Positions 9,468 through 18,380 of a stretch of 28,493 bases of DNA are shown in pieces. A model generated the notes under the pieces. It was not told the origin of the DNA and did no database searches. It saw only the letters and a list, made by a program, of their open reading frames with translations. Every line of letters begins with the position of its first letter. The stretch's first letter is position 1. A program made the position numbers and the translations under genes. Location: the NCBI GenBank assembly GCA_964549305.1, contig CAZJVM010000019.1:1-28493 (forward strand), written 5' to 3'. This stretch comes from an uncultured bacterium (GTDB lineage: Bacteria; Schekmanbacteria; GWA2-38-11; J061).

Positions 9468-11468
9468 ATGAACAATGAATTTTTGTTTTTGGCAAACCCC
9501 ATAATGGGAATTATTGGAATAATAATTGCCTCATTGATATATTTCAATATAAAGGGGCGTCCCGCGGGAAATGAAAAGATGCAGGAAATAGCAAGCGCCA
9601 TTCACGACGGCGCAATGGTATTCCTTTTCAGGGAATATAAAATCCTCATCTTTTTTGTGATTATAGTAGCCGGACTGCTCGGCGCTTTCCTCGATATCTA
9701 TACCGCAGTGGCATTTACCACAGGCGCGTTTTGCTCCGCTTTTGCCGGTTTCTTCGGTATGAAGTCGGCAACAAGGGCAAATGTGAGGACTTCACAGGCG
9801 GCAGGCGAAGGACGCGCAGACGAAGCGCTGAATGTTGCATTCAAAGGCGGTACCGTAATGGGACTTTCCGTGGCAAGCCTCGGCTTGATAGGTGTTGGTC
9901 TCTATTATCTTGTTTTTCAAAAGGTTTTCGGCGGTGACCCTGCAATGGCAAAATTCATAAACGGCTTTGCCATGGGAGCAAGCTCAATAGCGCTTTTTGC
10001 AAGAGTGGGCGGCGGTATCTACACAAAAGCTGCCGACGTAGGAGCAGACCTCGTTGGAAAGGTTGAAGCCGGAATCCCCGAAGACGACCCGAGAAACCCC
10101 GCAACCATTGCAGACAACGTGGGCGACAACGTGGGCGACATCGCGGGAATGGGCGCGGACATCTTCGAATCCTATGTTGGTTCGATTATCGCCACAATAG
10201 CAATCGCGGCGACTTCCGTATCATTCGCGTTTGACCGCTCTGAGGGAATGCTTCTGCCCCTCATTCTCGCCACAGTGGGACTTATAAGCTCACTCATAGG
10301 CATTGCGTCTATGTCGGTGCTTAAAAAATTCAATCCGCAGAGCGCGCTTCGCTACTCTACATTTATTGCCGCAGGTATCTTTCTCGTTGCCGCGTATGCC
10401 ATCGTAAACACCTTCTTTAAGGGAAACGTGAGCATCTTCTGGGCAATCCTTTCAGGATGTCTTGCAGGTATCATAATCGGTCTTCTCACGGAATATTTCA
10501 CATCGGCAAGCCCCATAAGAAGAATCGCGGAGTCCTGCAAAACCGGTTCGGCGACAAACATTATCACAGGCCTTGCCGTTGGAATGGAAAGCACTGCGCT
10601 TCCTATTCTCACAATCTGCATCGCAATATTCGTTTCATATAAATTCGCCGGACTTTACGGAATAAGCATCTCAGCTGTGGGAATGCTCGCAACTGTTGGA
10701 ATCACAATGTCCGTTGACGCATACGGTCCTATCGCCGACAACGCCGGCGGAATCTCGGAAATGGGCGGACTTGGACCCGAGGCAAGGAAGATAACCGACG
10801 GACTCGATGCCCTTGGAAACACCACTGCCGCCATAGGAAAAGGTTTTGCAATAGGTTCCGCGGCTCTTACGGCAATTTCACTCTTTGCCGCATACAGCTC
10901 CGCGGCAAAACTTGAGTCTATCAACATTATGAACCCGATGATTGTAATCGGTCTTTTTATCGGCGGAATTCTTCCCTTCTATTTCGGCGCACTTACAATG
11001 AGCGCAGTCGGTAAAGCCGCCGAAGATATGGTGACCGAGGTAAGACGCCAGTTCAAGGAAATAAAAGGCATAATGGAAGGAAAGGCAAAGCCGGATTATG
11101 CGAGATGTGTTGACATCTCAACGACAGGCGCTCTGAAGCAGATGATATTCCCCGGACTTCTTGCAATACTCGCGCCGGTTATCGTAGGATTTACACTTGG
11201 CAAAGGACCTCTCGGCGGACTTCTCGCAGGCGCAACGGTTACGGGAGTCCTTATGGCGCTCTTTATGTCAAACAGCGGCGGCGCATGGGACAACGCAAAG
11301 AAATACATAGAAGAAGGTAATCTCGGCGGCAAAGGTTCGGATGCTCATAAAGCCGCGGTTGTAGGTGATACGGTAGGCGACCCCTTCAAGGATACGTCAG
11401 GCCCTTCGATGAACATTCTCATCAAGCTTATGTCAATCGTTTCGCTGATACTTGCTCCTCTGCTTTAA
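9468..11468 (+). CDS. hppA: Membrane-integral ion-pumping pyrophosphatase, K+-dependent, probably Na+-translocating
   Basis: [63 protein letters not shown] and [14 protein letters not shown]. Strong AGGAG RBS. Confidence 0.97.
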   Translation: MNNEFLFLANPIMGIIGIIIASLIYFNIKGRPAGNEKMQEIASAIHDGAMVFLFREYKILIFFVIIVAGLLGAFLDIYTAVAFTTGAFCSAFAGFFGMKSATRANVRTSQAAGEGRADEALNVAFKGGTVMGLSVASLGLIGVGLYYLVFQKVFGGDPAMAKFINGFAMGASSIALFARVGGGIYTKAADVGADLVGKVEAGIPEDDPRNPATIADNVGDNVGDIAGMGADIFESYVGSIIATIAIAATSVSFAFDRSEGMLLPLILATVGLISSLIGIASMSVLKKFNPQSALRYSTFIAAGIFLVAAYAIVNTFFKGNVSIFWAILSGCLAGIIIGLLTEYFTSASPIRRIAESCKTGSATNIITGLAVGMESTALPILTICIAIFVSYKFAGLYGISISAVGMLATVGITMSVDAYGPIADNAGGISEMGGLGPEARKITDGLDALGNTTAAIGKGFAIGSAALTAISLFAAYSSAAKLESINIMNPMIVIGLFIGGILPFYFGALTMSAVGKAAEDMVTEVRRQFKEIKGIMEGKAKPDYARCVDISTTGALKQMIFPGLLAILAPVIVGFTLGKGPLGGLLAGATVTGVLMALFMSNSGGAWDNAKKYIEEGNLGGKGSDAHKAAVVGDTVGDPFKDTSGPSMNILIKLMSIVSLILAPLL

Positions 11469-11484
11469 TAAAAAAAGAAACCGT

Positions 11485-11521
11485 GAGTGCCGGGCGCTTT
11501 TGTGTCCGGCATTCTTTTTTT
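11485..11521 (+). terminator. Rho-independent terminator of hppA
   Basis: GAGTGCCGGGCGC-TTTT-GTGTCCGGCATTC forms a 13-bp stem (3 G-U pairs) followed by a T tract, 16 nt after the hppA stop. Confidence 0.75.
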
Positions 11522-11533
11522 AAGGGGAAAGAT

Positions 11534-11965
11534 ATGAACGATGAAAATCTGAAAGAGCTTGCACGCAGCACTTATCTGAAGGGCTTTAACTGCGCCGAGG
11601 CGATAGTGGCTTTCTTCAATGAAAAATATTCCTTGAACATAAGCCCCCGCATAGCGACGGCAATGGGCGCGGGCATAGGAGGAGCGAAAAATCTTTGCGG
11701 CGCGTTAAACGGCGCTGTAATCGTGTTGGGGGCAATCTTCGGAAGGGATAATCCCTCGGAAAATTCCGCTGATGTCTACAAGATGTCCTCTGAATTCTAT
11801 AAAAGATTCAACGAAAAAATGAAGACCACCATTTGCTCGGAAATCACTTCGGAAATCGAATGGAAGACTCCCGCGCACAAAGATCTTTGCTCGGGGATTG
11901 TAGCCGAAGCCGCGTCAATACTCGATGAAATAATAAAAGAGAAAAAAGAAAGTCCCGGCAAATAG
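11534..11965 (+). CDS. C-GCAxxG-C-C family putative redox protein
   Basis: GFNCAEA, GAGIGG..LCGALNG, TICSEI and LCSGIV. ATG 11534 with AAGGGG RBS is preferred because the GTG start would run through the terminator. Confidence 0.85.
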   Translation: MNDENLKELARSTYLKGFNCAEAIVAFFNEKYSLNISPRIATAMGAGIGGAKNLCGALNGAVIVLGAIFGRDNPSENSADVYKMSSEFYKRFNEKMKTTICSEITSEIEWKTPAHKDLCSGIVAEAASILDEIIKEKKESPGK

Positions 11966-11972
11966 GTCTTCT

Positions 11973-12629
11973 TCAGTTTTTCTTCACAAAAATATCCCGC
12001 GCAATCTCATCATCCATTGCAACGGTAGTTTCGTCAAAGCATACCACAAGAGAAGGCATTTTCTGGTGCATTTTTACTATTGTTCCCGGCACCAGTCCCA
12101 TAGACGCGAGTTTGTCTATTCTTCCGTGGTCATTGGAAAACATATAGGCAATTCTGCCTTCCTCCCCCACGTCGAGAGAAGCAAGGGATTTCACTATGCT
12201 TTCAAGCTTGTTGCTGTTTTTTACACAGCATTCTCCCGGCGGAATCGGTTTTCCGTCTGGACAAAACTTGGGATGTCCGAGAAGAGTGCATATGTTGTCG
12301 GCGACATTTTCTTCGAGAACATGTTCGAAATCGCAGGCGTGCCTCTCAGCCGCTTCCTCGTCTTCAATCCCGAGTACATCGTGCAGAAGACGCTCTGCAA
12401 GGCGATGCCGTCTTATAATCTGACGGGCCTCCTTTTTTCCCTTCCCCGTAAGACAGAGATTTCCCGAGTCGTTGACTTCTATCATTTCAAGCTCTTGAAG
12501 ACTGGCCAATAGCTTATCAACCTCTTCTTTTCCGAAATACTTTTTCAGCTCGTCTATTTTTGCAGTGCCGTCATCGGAAATGGATTCAATAAGCTGAAGC
12601 ATCTCTTCTTTGTATTGATTGTTCAACAT
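11973..12629 (-). CDS. DtxR/MntR-family metal-binding protein with C-terminal FeoA (SH3-like) domain
   Basis: LTGKG...RRHRLAERLL, ACDFEH, LGHPKFCPDGKPIP and FeoA-like LASMGLVPGT. Directly downstream of feoB. Confidence 0.85.
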   Translation of the reverse strand: MLNNQYKEEMLQLIESISDDGTAKIDELKKYFGKEEVDKLLASLQELEMIEVNDSGNLCLTGKGKKEARQIIRRHRLAERLLHDVLGIEDEEAAERHACDFEHVLEENVADNICTLLGHPKFCPDGKPIPPGECCVKNSNKLESIVKSLASLDVGEEGRIAYMFSNDHGRIDKLASMGLVPGTIVKMHQKMPSLVVCFDETTVAMDDEIARDIFVKKN

Positions 12630-12666
12630 CGCTCATTCCCTTCTTTAAAATTATTCCCCATTCTGA

Positions 12667-14667
12667 TTAAAAAACATTCAGAATCCTTAAAATCTGATTT
12701 AAAAGAGCGCCCGATAAAACCGCATATATAATCACAAAAAGCGTAATAGCCGACGCGACCTTAATTCCGAGCTCTTTTATCATAACGAAAAGATGCGCCA
12801 CACAGGGGACAAAAAGCACCATTACCGTAACGGAAACAGTTGTCTGAAGAAGGTCTATATACCCTTCGCGGGCAAGTCTGAAGAGTCCTGCCGCGCCGAA
12901 ATCACGCCTTAAAAAACCGACTATAAATGCCTCTGCAGTCTCAGGCGGCAATGACAGCAGGCCTGAAAGAAGCGGTTTTACCCCATCCTGCATCATTGCA
13001 AGAATCCCGGTTTTTGCAAAAAGGAAAAGGCAGAATGTGCCAAGAAGAAAAAGCGGCACCGCTTCCTTCATAAACCAGACCACGCGGTGAAAAGTCTTCA
13101 CTATTATGTTATCAATCTTTGGAATTCTAACGGGAGGTATCTCGCTGAGAAAATCCGAGGATTTTCCCGGAATTATCTTTGCGGCAAGAAGACCCACGAC
13201 GAAAAGCTGAATAATTACCGTAACAACGACAATGAGAAGCGCCTTCATTGACATCGAGCCGAGCATTCCCATAATTACGCCAAGTTGCGCCGAACAGGGC
13301 ACTCCCACTGCAAGCAGAAGCGTGGCTATGATTCGCTCCCTTCGCGTCTCGAGAATTCTCGTTGTAAGCGTTGCCATCGTATCGCACCCAAGCCCTAAAA
13401 CCATTGGAAGCACCGCGCGCCCCTGAAGTCCTATTTTCTTGAATATGCGGTTTGACATTATTGTAAGGCGGGGAAGATATCCCGAATCCTCGAGAATTCC
13501 GAAGAAGATGAAGAAAAACCCCACGATGGGAAAGACGATGGCAACGGCGTATGTAAGGCCCATACTTATAAGTCCGTATTCTCCCATTAAAAGCTCCATA
13601 AGAAACCGCGGGGTGCCCATCGACTTTAAAAAGCCGGAAATAGCGGGATTCACGAATTTTCCGAAAATTATTGATTCGAAAAAATCAACTGCAATCCCTG
13701 CGCCTGCTACTCCGACAAGCTCATAGAGCAAAAAGAGCACGAAAAGAAGCACCGGAATTCCATAGACGGGATGAATCATAATGTCCCCGATACGGTTTCT
13801 GAATTTATCGCTTTTTTTCTTTCCCGCATTTACGCACTGATTGTATATCTCGTTGACAAAAACAAACCTCTCCCTGCTGATTATGAAGTTCAACGGGTCC
13901 CTGAAATTAAGCTTAATCCCTTCGGTGATTTCTTCGACAGTTTTCCAATCGCACTTCGGATAACGAGCCCGCAAATCTCTTAACAGGGACTTGTCGCCCG
14001 CTACGAGCATAAGCGCTAAAGACCGTCCCGATATGGACAATTCCTCTTTTGGTAAAAGCGTTTCAATTTCCGCCACTGCCTTTTCGATTGCCTGATTGAA
14101 TTTGAAGGGCCCTTTTGGAACGGAAAAGGCGGTGAGTGATTTTTTAAGCTCGTTCATTCCCTTCTTCTCCGTTGCAACCGAGGCAATCACGGGCACACCG
14201 AGAAGGGATGAAAGCTTTTTCGTATCTATATTGATTCCCCTTTCCACCGCTTCGTCAAAAACATTGAGGACAAGGACAATGGGAATGTTCATCTCCGCAA
14301 GCTGAGTGGTAATCAGAAGCGAGCGTTTCAGGTTTTTGGCATCTGCTACCTGAATTACTCCGAGGGGTTTTTCCTCGAGGATAAGGTTTCTTGTCACTCT
14401 TTCATCTTCAGAACGGGGAATCAGAGAATTCACACCGGGACTGTCAATAAGCCGCACATTTAATTTCCTGTTTTCCTTTTCATCAAAAAACGCAATATGA
14501 CCTTCGCTCACATCAATGGTGGTGCCCGGATAATTTGAAACAATTACATAGGTGCCGGTGAGATTTCCGAAGATTACACTTTTTCCAACATTGGCATTAC
14601 CTACAAGGAGAATGGAAGGTTGTGCTTCCTCTTCGAGTTTTTTAAGATTTGTCTTCATATTACCCAT
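12667..14667 (-). CDS. feoB: Ferrous iron transporter FeoB
   Basis: G1 GNANVGKS, G2 NYPGTT, G3 DSPG, G4 NVFD; LEDSGYLPRL, LGLGC, PCSAQLG, FVPCVA. Start is likely ATG 14667 or 14658, because the ORF-track TTG at 14727 coincides with a TTGACA -35 box. Confidence 0.95.
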   Translation of the reverse strand: MGNMKTNLKKLEEEAQPSILLVGNANVGKSVIFGNLTGTYVIVSNYPGTTIDVSEGHIAFFDEKENRKLNVRLIDSPGVNSLIPRSEDERVTRNLILEEKPLGVIQVADAKNLKRSLLITTQLAEMNIPIVLVLNVFDEAVERGINIDTKKLSSLLGVPVIASVATEKKGMNELKKSLTAFSVPKGPFKFNQAIEKAVAEIETLLPKEELSISGRSLALMLVAGDKSLLRDLRARYPKCDWKTVEEITEGIKLNFRDPLNFIISRERFVFVNEIYNQCVNAGKKKSDKFRNRIGDIMIHPVYGIPVLLFVLFLLYELVGVAGAGIAVDFFESIIFGKFVNPAISGFLKSMGTPRFLMELLMGEYGLISMGLTYAVAIVFPIVGFFFIFFGILEDSGYLPRLTIMSNRIFKKIGLQGRAVLPMVLGLGCDTMATLTTRILETRRERIIATLLLAVGVPCSAQLGVIMGMLGSMSMKALLIVVVTVIIQLFVVGLLAAKIIPGKSSDFLSEIPPVRIPKIDNIIVKTFHRVVWFMKEAVPLFLLGTFCLFLFAKTGILAMMQDGVKPLLSGLLSLPPETAEAFIVGFLRRDFGAAGLFRLAREGYIDLLQTTVSVTVMVLFVPCVAHLFVMIKELGIKVASAITLFVIIYAVLSGALLNQILRILNVF

Positions 14668-14681
14668 TATCGTCAAATTGT

Positions 14682-14702
14682 TATTGAGAATCAATTGCAA
14701 TA
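14682..14702. promoter_or_regulatory. Fur-box-like imperfect palindrome in the feoB promoter
   Basis: TATTGAGAATCAATTGCAATA. The core matches 10 of 14 positions of TGATAAT-N-ATTATCA and lies at the putative -10/+1 region of feoB. Confidence 0.55.
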
Positions 14703-14727
14703 TTAGATGATTAAATATTTTTGTCAA
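14700..14727 (-). promoter_or_regulatory. Putative sigma70 promoter of feoB
   Basis: Minus-strand TTGACA (14727-14722), 16 nt spacer, TAATAT. Confidence 0.45.
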
Positions 14728-14736
14728 GAAATTTTC

Positions 14737-14760
14737 TTATATGAGCAAATATTCATATAA
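14737..14760. promoter_or_regulatory. ArsR/SmtB(CzrA)-type operator-like inverted repeat
   Basis: TTATATGA-GCAAATAT-TCATATAA, perfect 8-bp arms, between the divergent feoB and comM genes. Confidence 0.5.
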
Positions 14761-14858
14761 ATTCCTGTTTTTGCCATAACCGGAAAGAGATTTCATCACT
14801 TGACAAAAACACTTATAAATATAAAAATAGCTAAATTAATACAAAAAAGGGGTTAGGT

Positions 14859-16391
14859 TTGCTTTCAAGAGTTGAGAGTTCATCAACAGTGGGAGTTGAG
14901 GCATATTCAGTACACGTTGAGGTGGACGTCGCGCCCGGAATGCCCGCATACAGCACTGTGGGGCTTCCCGATACTGCTGTGCGCGAAAGCCGTGAAAGAG
15001 TTAAATCGGCAATACTAAACTCAGGATTCCGTTTCCCCGCAAAGAGAATTACCGTAAATCTTGCCCCCGCGAGTATCAAAAAGGAAGGACCCGTATTCGA
15101 CCTTCCCATAGCTGCAGGAATTTTAAGCGCCAGCGACCCTCAGGCAAGAGTTTCAAGAGAGGGCTATGTAATAGCCGGAGAGCTTTCACTTGACGGAAGT
15201 ATCAGGGCTGTAAAAGGAGTACTTCCTATGGCGATAAACGCGAAGAAAAACGGCAGGCGCGGAATCATCATTCCATATCACAATCGTCTCGAAGCGTCGA
15301 TTGTGAGGGGAATCGACATAATACCCGTCTTTCGCCTTTCAGACGCTGTCGATTTTTTAAGCGGAAATAAAAATATCACGCCATTTGCATCTCAAATAGA
15401 TAAATTATTCGGTGAAAAGGAAGAAAAAGTACCGGATTTCTGTGAAGTCAAGGGACAGGAACACGCGAAAAGGGCGCTCGAGATTGCCGCGGCAGGAAAC
15501 CACAATATTCTTATGATTGGCTCCCCGGGTGCCGGCAAAACTATGCTTGCACGCCGCCTTCCCTCGATTTTACCTGCAATGACATTCGATGAGGCAATAG
15601 AATGTACACGAATTCATTCGGTAATGGGATATATTAATCCGAAATTTCCCATACTCAGCAAAAGACCCTTCAGAAGCCCTCATCACTCTATTTCAGACGC
15701 GGGGCTTATCGGGGGAGGCACATCTCCAATGCCCGGCGAGGTAAGCATTGCCCATAACGGAGTCCTTTTTCTCGATGAATTGCCGGAGTTTAGAAGAAAT
15801 GTCATCGAAGCGCTGAGACAACCCCTGGAAGACGGCAATGTAACAATATCGAGGGCAAAAAGATCGCTTACTTTTCCGTCGAGGTTTATGCTCGTTGCGG
15901 CGCTGAATCCCTGCCCCTGCGGATACAGGTTTGATGAAAGGAAGCAATGCCTCTGCACTCCCAATCAGATACAGCGCTATCTGGGAAAAGTTTCCGGACC
16001 AATGCTTGACAGGATTGATATTCATATCGAGGTGCCGTCGCTGAAATTCCGGCAGATGACGGAAGAAGCGAGAGGGGAAACATCGCGGGAAATCAGAAAA
16101 AGGGTTAACGGGGCAAGAAACATACAGATAAAAAGATATGAAGGAAGGGGAATAAATTTCAATTCGCGAATGAATCAGAATGAATTAAAGGAATTCTGCG
16201 CGCTGCATCAGGAATCGAAAGATCTTCTCGAGGCAGCAATAAAAAAATTCTCACTTTCCGCGCGCGCTTTTGACAGAATACTTAAAATCTCACGCACAAT
16301 TGCGGACCTTGAATCATCGCAAGATATAAAAACCGAACATATTGCCGAAGCAATACAGTACAGAAGTCTTGACAGGGGTGAATATCAGTGA
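14859..16391 (+). CDS. comM: ComM/YifB Mg-chelatase-like AAA+ helicase
   Basis: VGLPDTAVRESRERV, ITVNLAPA, FDLPIA, GSPGAGKT, PFRSPHHS, GVLFLDELPEF, NPCPCG, SGPMLDRID and AEAIQYR. Confidence 0.95.
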   Translation: MLSRVESSSTVGVEAYSVHVEVDVAPGMPAYSTVGLPDTAVRESRERVKSAILNSGFRFPAKRITVNLAPASIKKEGPVFDLPIAAGILSASDPQARVSREGYVIAGELSLDGSIRAVKGVLPMAINAKKNGRRGIIIPYHNRLEASIVRGIDIIPVFRLSDAVDFLSGNKNITPFASQIDKLFGEKEEKVPDFCEVKGQEHAKRALEIAAAGNHNILMIGSPGAGKTMLARRLPSILPAMTFDEAIECTRIHSVMGYINPKFPILSKRPFRSPHHSISDAGLIGGGTSPMPGEVSIAHNGVLFLDELPEFRRNVIEALRQPLEDGNVTISRAKRSLTFPSRFMLVAALNPCPCGYRFDERKQCLCTPNQIQRYLGKVSGPMLDRIDIHIEVPSLKFRQMTEEARGETSREIRKRVNGARNIQIKRYEGRGINFNSRMNQNELKEFCALHQESKDLLEAAIKKFSLSARAFDRILKISRTIADLESSQDIKTEHIAEAIQYRSLDRGEYQ

Positions 16392-16440
16392 AGTTTTCAT
16401 TTTTAGAAACTCATAAAAGGTCTGAAAAAAAAGATATAAA

Positions 16441-17328
16441 ATGAGCGGGAACAAGCTGGTAAAACATGATGAAATTAAAAACAGGATTTACACAATTCGC
16501 GGTTTGCAGGTAATGCTGGATGAAGAACTGGCAGAGTTATACGATATAAATACAAAAGTGCTTAACCAAGCTGTCAAAAGGAACAATGAACGATTTCCTG
16601 AAGAATTTATGTTTCAAATTACTGATAATGAATTCAATAGTTTGAGGTCACAAATTGTGACCTCAAACCAGAGAGGTGGAAGACGATATCTGCCTTATGT
16701 TTTTACTGAGCAGGGTGTTGCAATGCTTGCCGGAGTTCTTAAGAGCGAAACGGCAGTAAAAATGAGCATTCAAATTATCAATGCCTTTGTCGCCATGCGC
16801 CGCTTTATTAATGCCAATGCTATGATTTTTCAAAGGTTGGATACCCTTGAAATCAAACAGATTGATACGGATAAAAAAATCAATAACGTGTTAAACGCCA
16901 TTGAGAGCAAAGAAATTAAACCCAAACAGGGTATTTTCTTTGACGGACAGATTTTTGATGCTTATAAGTTTATTTCTGATTTAATCCGATCCGCGCAGAA
17001 ATCAATTATTTTAATCGACAATTATATTGATGATAACGTACTGACTCTTTTTTCAAAACGGCAAAAAGATGTTTCTTTCACGATAATGACAAAAACCATA
17101 TCAAAACAGCTGAAACTTGATGTTAATAAATTCAATAAACAATACTCACCTGTTGTATTAAAGGAATTCAAAAAGTCGCATGATCGTTTTTTGATAATTG
17201 ATGATTATATAGTATATCACTTTGGAGCTTCCCTAAAAGACCTTGGAAAAAAATGGTTTGCATTCTCAAAAATGAAGTTCGAGGCATTGGAAATGCTTAC
17301 CAGATTGGAGAATTTAGAAGAGAAATAA
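16441..17328 (+). CDS. ORF6N (KilA-N-related) DNA-binding domain fused to a PLD-like C-terminal domain
   Basis: IYTIRGLQVMLD..LAELY, LNQAVKRN..RFPEEFMFQ and YVFTEQGVAML (ORF6N); C-terminal IILIDNY, HDRFLIID and HFGASLKDLG. Confidence 0.85.
   Translation: MSGNKLVKHDEIKNRIYTIRGLQVMLDEELAELYDINTKVLNQAVKRNNERFPEEFMFQITDNEFNSLRSQIVTSNQRGGRRYLPYVFTEQGVAMLAGVLKSETAVKMSIQIINAFVAMRRFINANAMIFQRLDTLEIKQIDTDKKINNVLNAIESKEIKPKQGIFFDGQIFDAYKFISDLIRSAQKSIILIDNYIDDNVLTLFSKRQKDVSFTIMTKTISKQLKLDVNKFNKQYSPVVLKEFKKSHDRFLIIDDYIVYHFGASLKDLGKKWFAFSKMKFEALEMLTRLENLEEK
16640..16668. repeat. Perfect 14-1-14 palindrome inside the ORF6N CDS
   Basis: GTTTGAGGTCACAA-A-TTGTGACCTCAAAC, encoding (S)LRSQIVTSN. Confidence 0.97.
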
Positions 17329-17394
17329 CTCGGTCCATAATTAAAAAACAATTTCTCACATAGAGAAAATATAAATCCCATAAATATAAATTAC

Positions 17395-18366
17395 CTAATC
17401 ATCAAGCTTTCTTCTCTTGCCTAAATCTGTTTTTGCAGCCAATTCTTCAGGATAAGGATTGAGAAATCTTTGATTTAAAAGATATTTTTCATCAAAACGA
17501 AGTGCCAGGGAACGAATCAGATTACAGGGGACACTAAGAGATATCTTTTTATTCCTGAATTCTTCAACAATGCTTAAAAATTTTTTTTTCTCTTTATATG
17601 AGAGTTTTTTTGAGACAAAACCAAAAGCGTGAAGAAGAACATTAATCCGGGATTTCCGCGACGGTTTTTTCGATAAAAGTTCATTCATAACATTTTCATA
17701 GTTTAAAATCACTTTTTTAACAGATTTCTTCTCTAAATTTGCAGTAATCAATCCAAGTTTCCGCATATTCACCTCATTATAGGAAAGAAACAGGAATTTA
17801 CATTCATTTTGAAAATTTATTAATGATTTCATAGATAAATGGGATTTAATTCTTCTAAATAAGGCATTTATAAAAATTCTTGTCAAAAAATTTTCTATTA
17901 TCTCGTATTTTTTTAATTTAATCTCATCTTCTACAGGTAGAGTGGGATATGCAGACATAACACATTCAGCAAAAAGGCCTGCGCCTTTGGTTGTGCCGGC
18001 TCTTTTTTTTATACTCTCGTAAATTTTTACATCCCTCAGTCCGCAGGAGGGTGAGCGGCTTTTAAGAATTGCGCCGTCAATCTCTCTTAAATTCGATAAA
18101 AAATTCTTTGAAAATGATACAATTGACCTTGTGTGGTATTTTCCTGTTCCCGGCTGATATATCTTTCTTTTTCCGTTTTGAGATACAATTCGAATCGGTT
18201 CACGGGGCACACCCAATCCTGCTTCCGTCTCAGGGCACAGGGGAATGAAGGTTACATATTTCCTCAGAGATTCGACAAACGGGTCATCTATTTTTTCTCC
18301 GTTATATCTGCAGGCGGCAAATCCGAGGCATTTACTTACAAGAATTATTGGTTTATTATCATTCAT
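17395..18366 (-). CDS. DUF523 (TudS-like Fe-S domain) plus DUF1722/YbgA protein
   Basis: VSKCLG..CRYNG, CPE...GLGVPREPIR, KSRSPSCG and GLFA; C-terminal NVLLHAFGF and YLLNQRFLNPYPEEL. Confidence 0.85.
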   Translation of the reverse strand: MNDNKPIILVSKCLGFAACRYNGEKIDDPFVESLRKYVTFIPLCPETEAGLGVPREPIRIVSQNGKRKIYQPGTGKYHTRSIVSFSKNFLSNLREIDGAILKSRSPSCGLRDVKIYESIKKRAGTTKGAGLFAECVMSAYPTLPVEDEIKLKKYEIIENFLTRIFINALFRRIKSHLSMKSLINFQNECKFLFLSYNEVNMRKLGLITANLEKKSVKKVILNYENVMNELLSKKPSRKSRINVLLHAFGFVSKKLSYKEKKKFLSIVEEFRNKKISLSVPCNLIRSLALRFDEKYLLNQRFLNPYPEELAAKTDLGKRRKLDD

Positions 18367-18380
18367 TATTATATGATATA

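Noticed and set aside
10113-10140. Tandem 12-bp repeat GACAACGTGGGC x2
   Set aside because: It simply encodes the conserved DNVGDNVGD motif of membrane PPases.
11483-11533. GTG-started extension of the C-GCAxxG-C-C protein
   Set aside because: It runs through the hppA terminator, and a better ATG with RBS is at 11534.
14668-14727. N-terminal extension of FeoB in the ORF track
   Set aside because: The TTG is part of a TTGACA -35 box and the extension overlaps the Fur-like box.
16392-18380. Integrated mobile element at comM
   Set aside because: comM is full length, and I found no integrase, transposase, terminal repeats or target duplication. Only the compositional shift supports acquisition.
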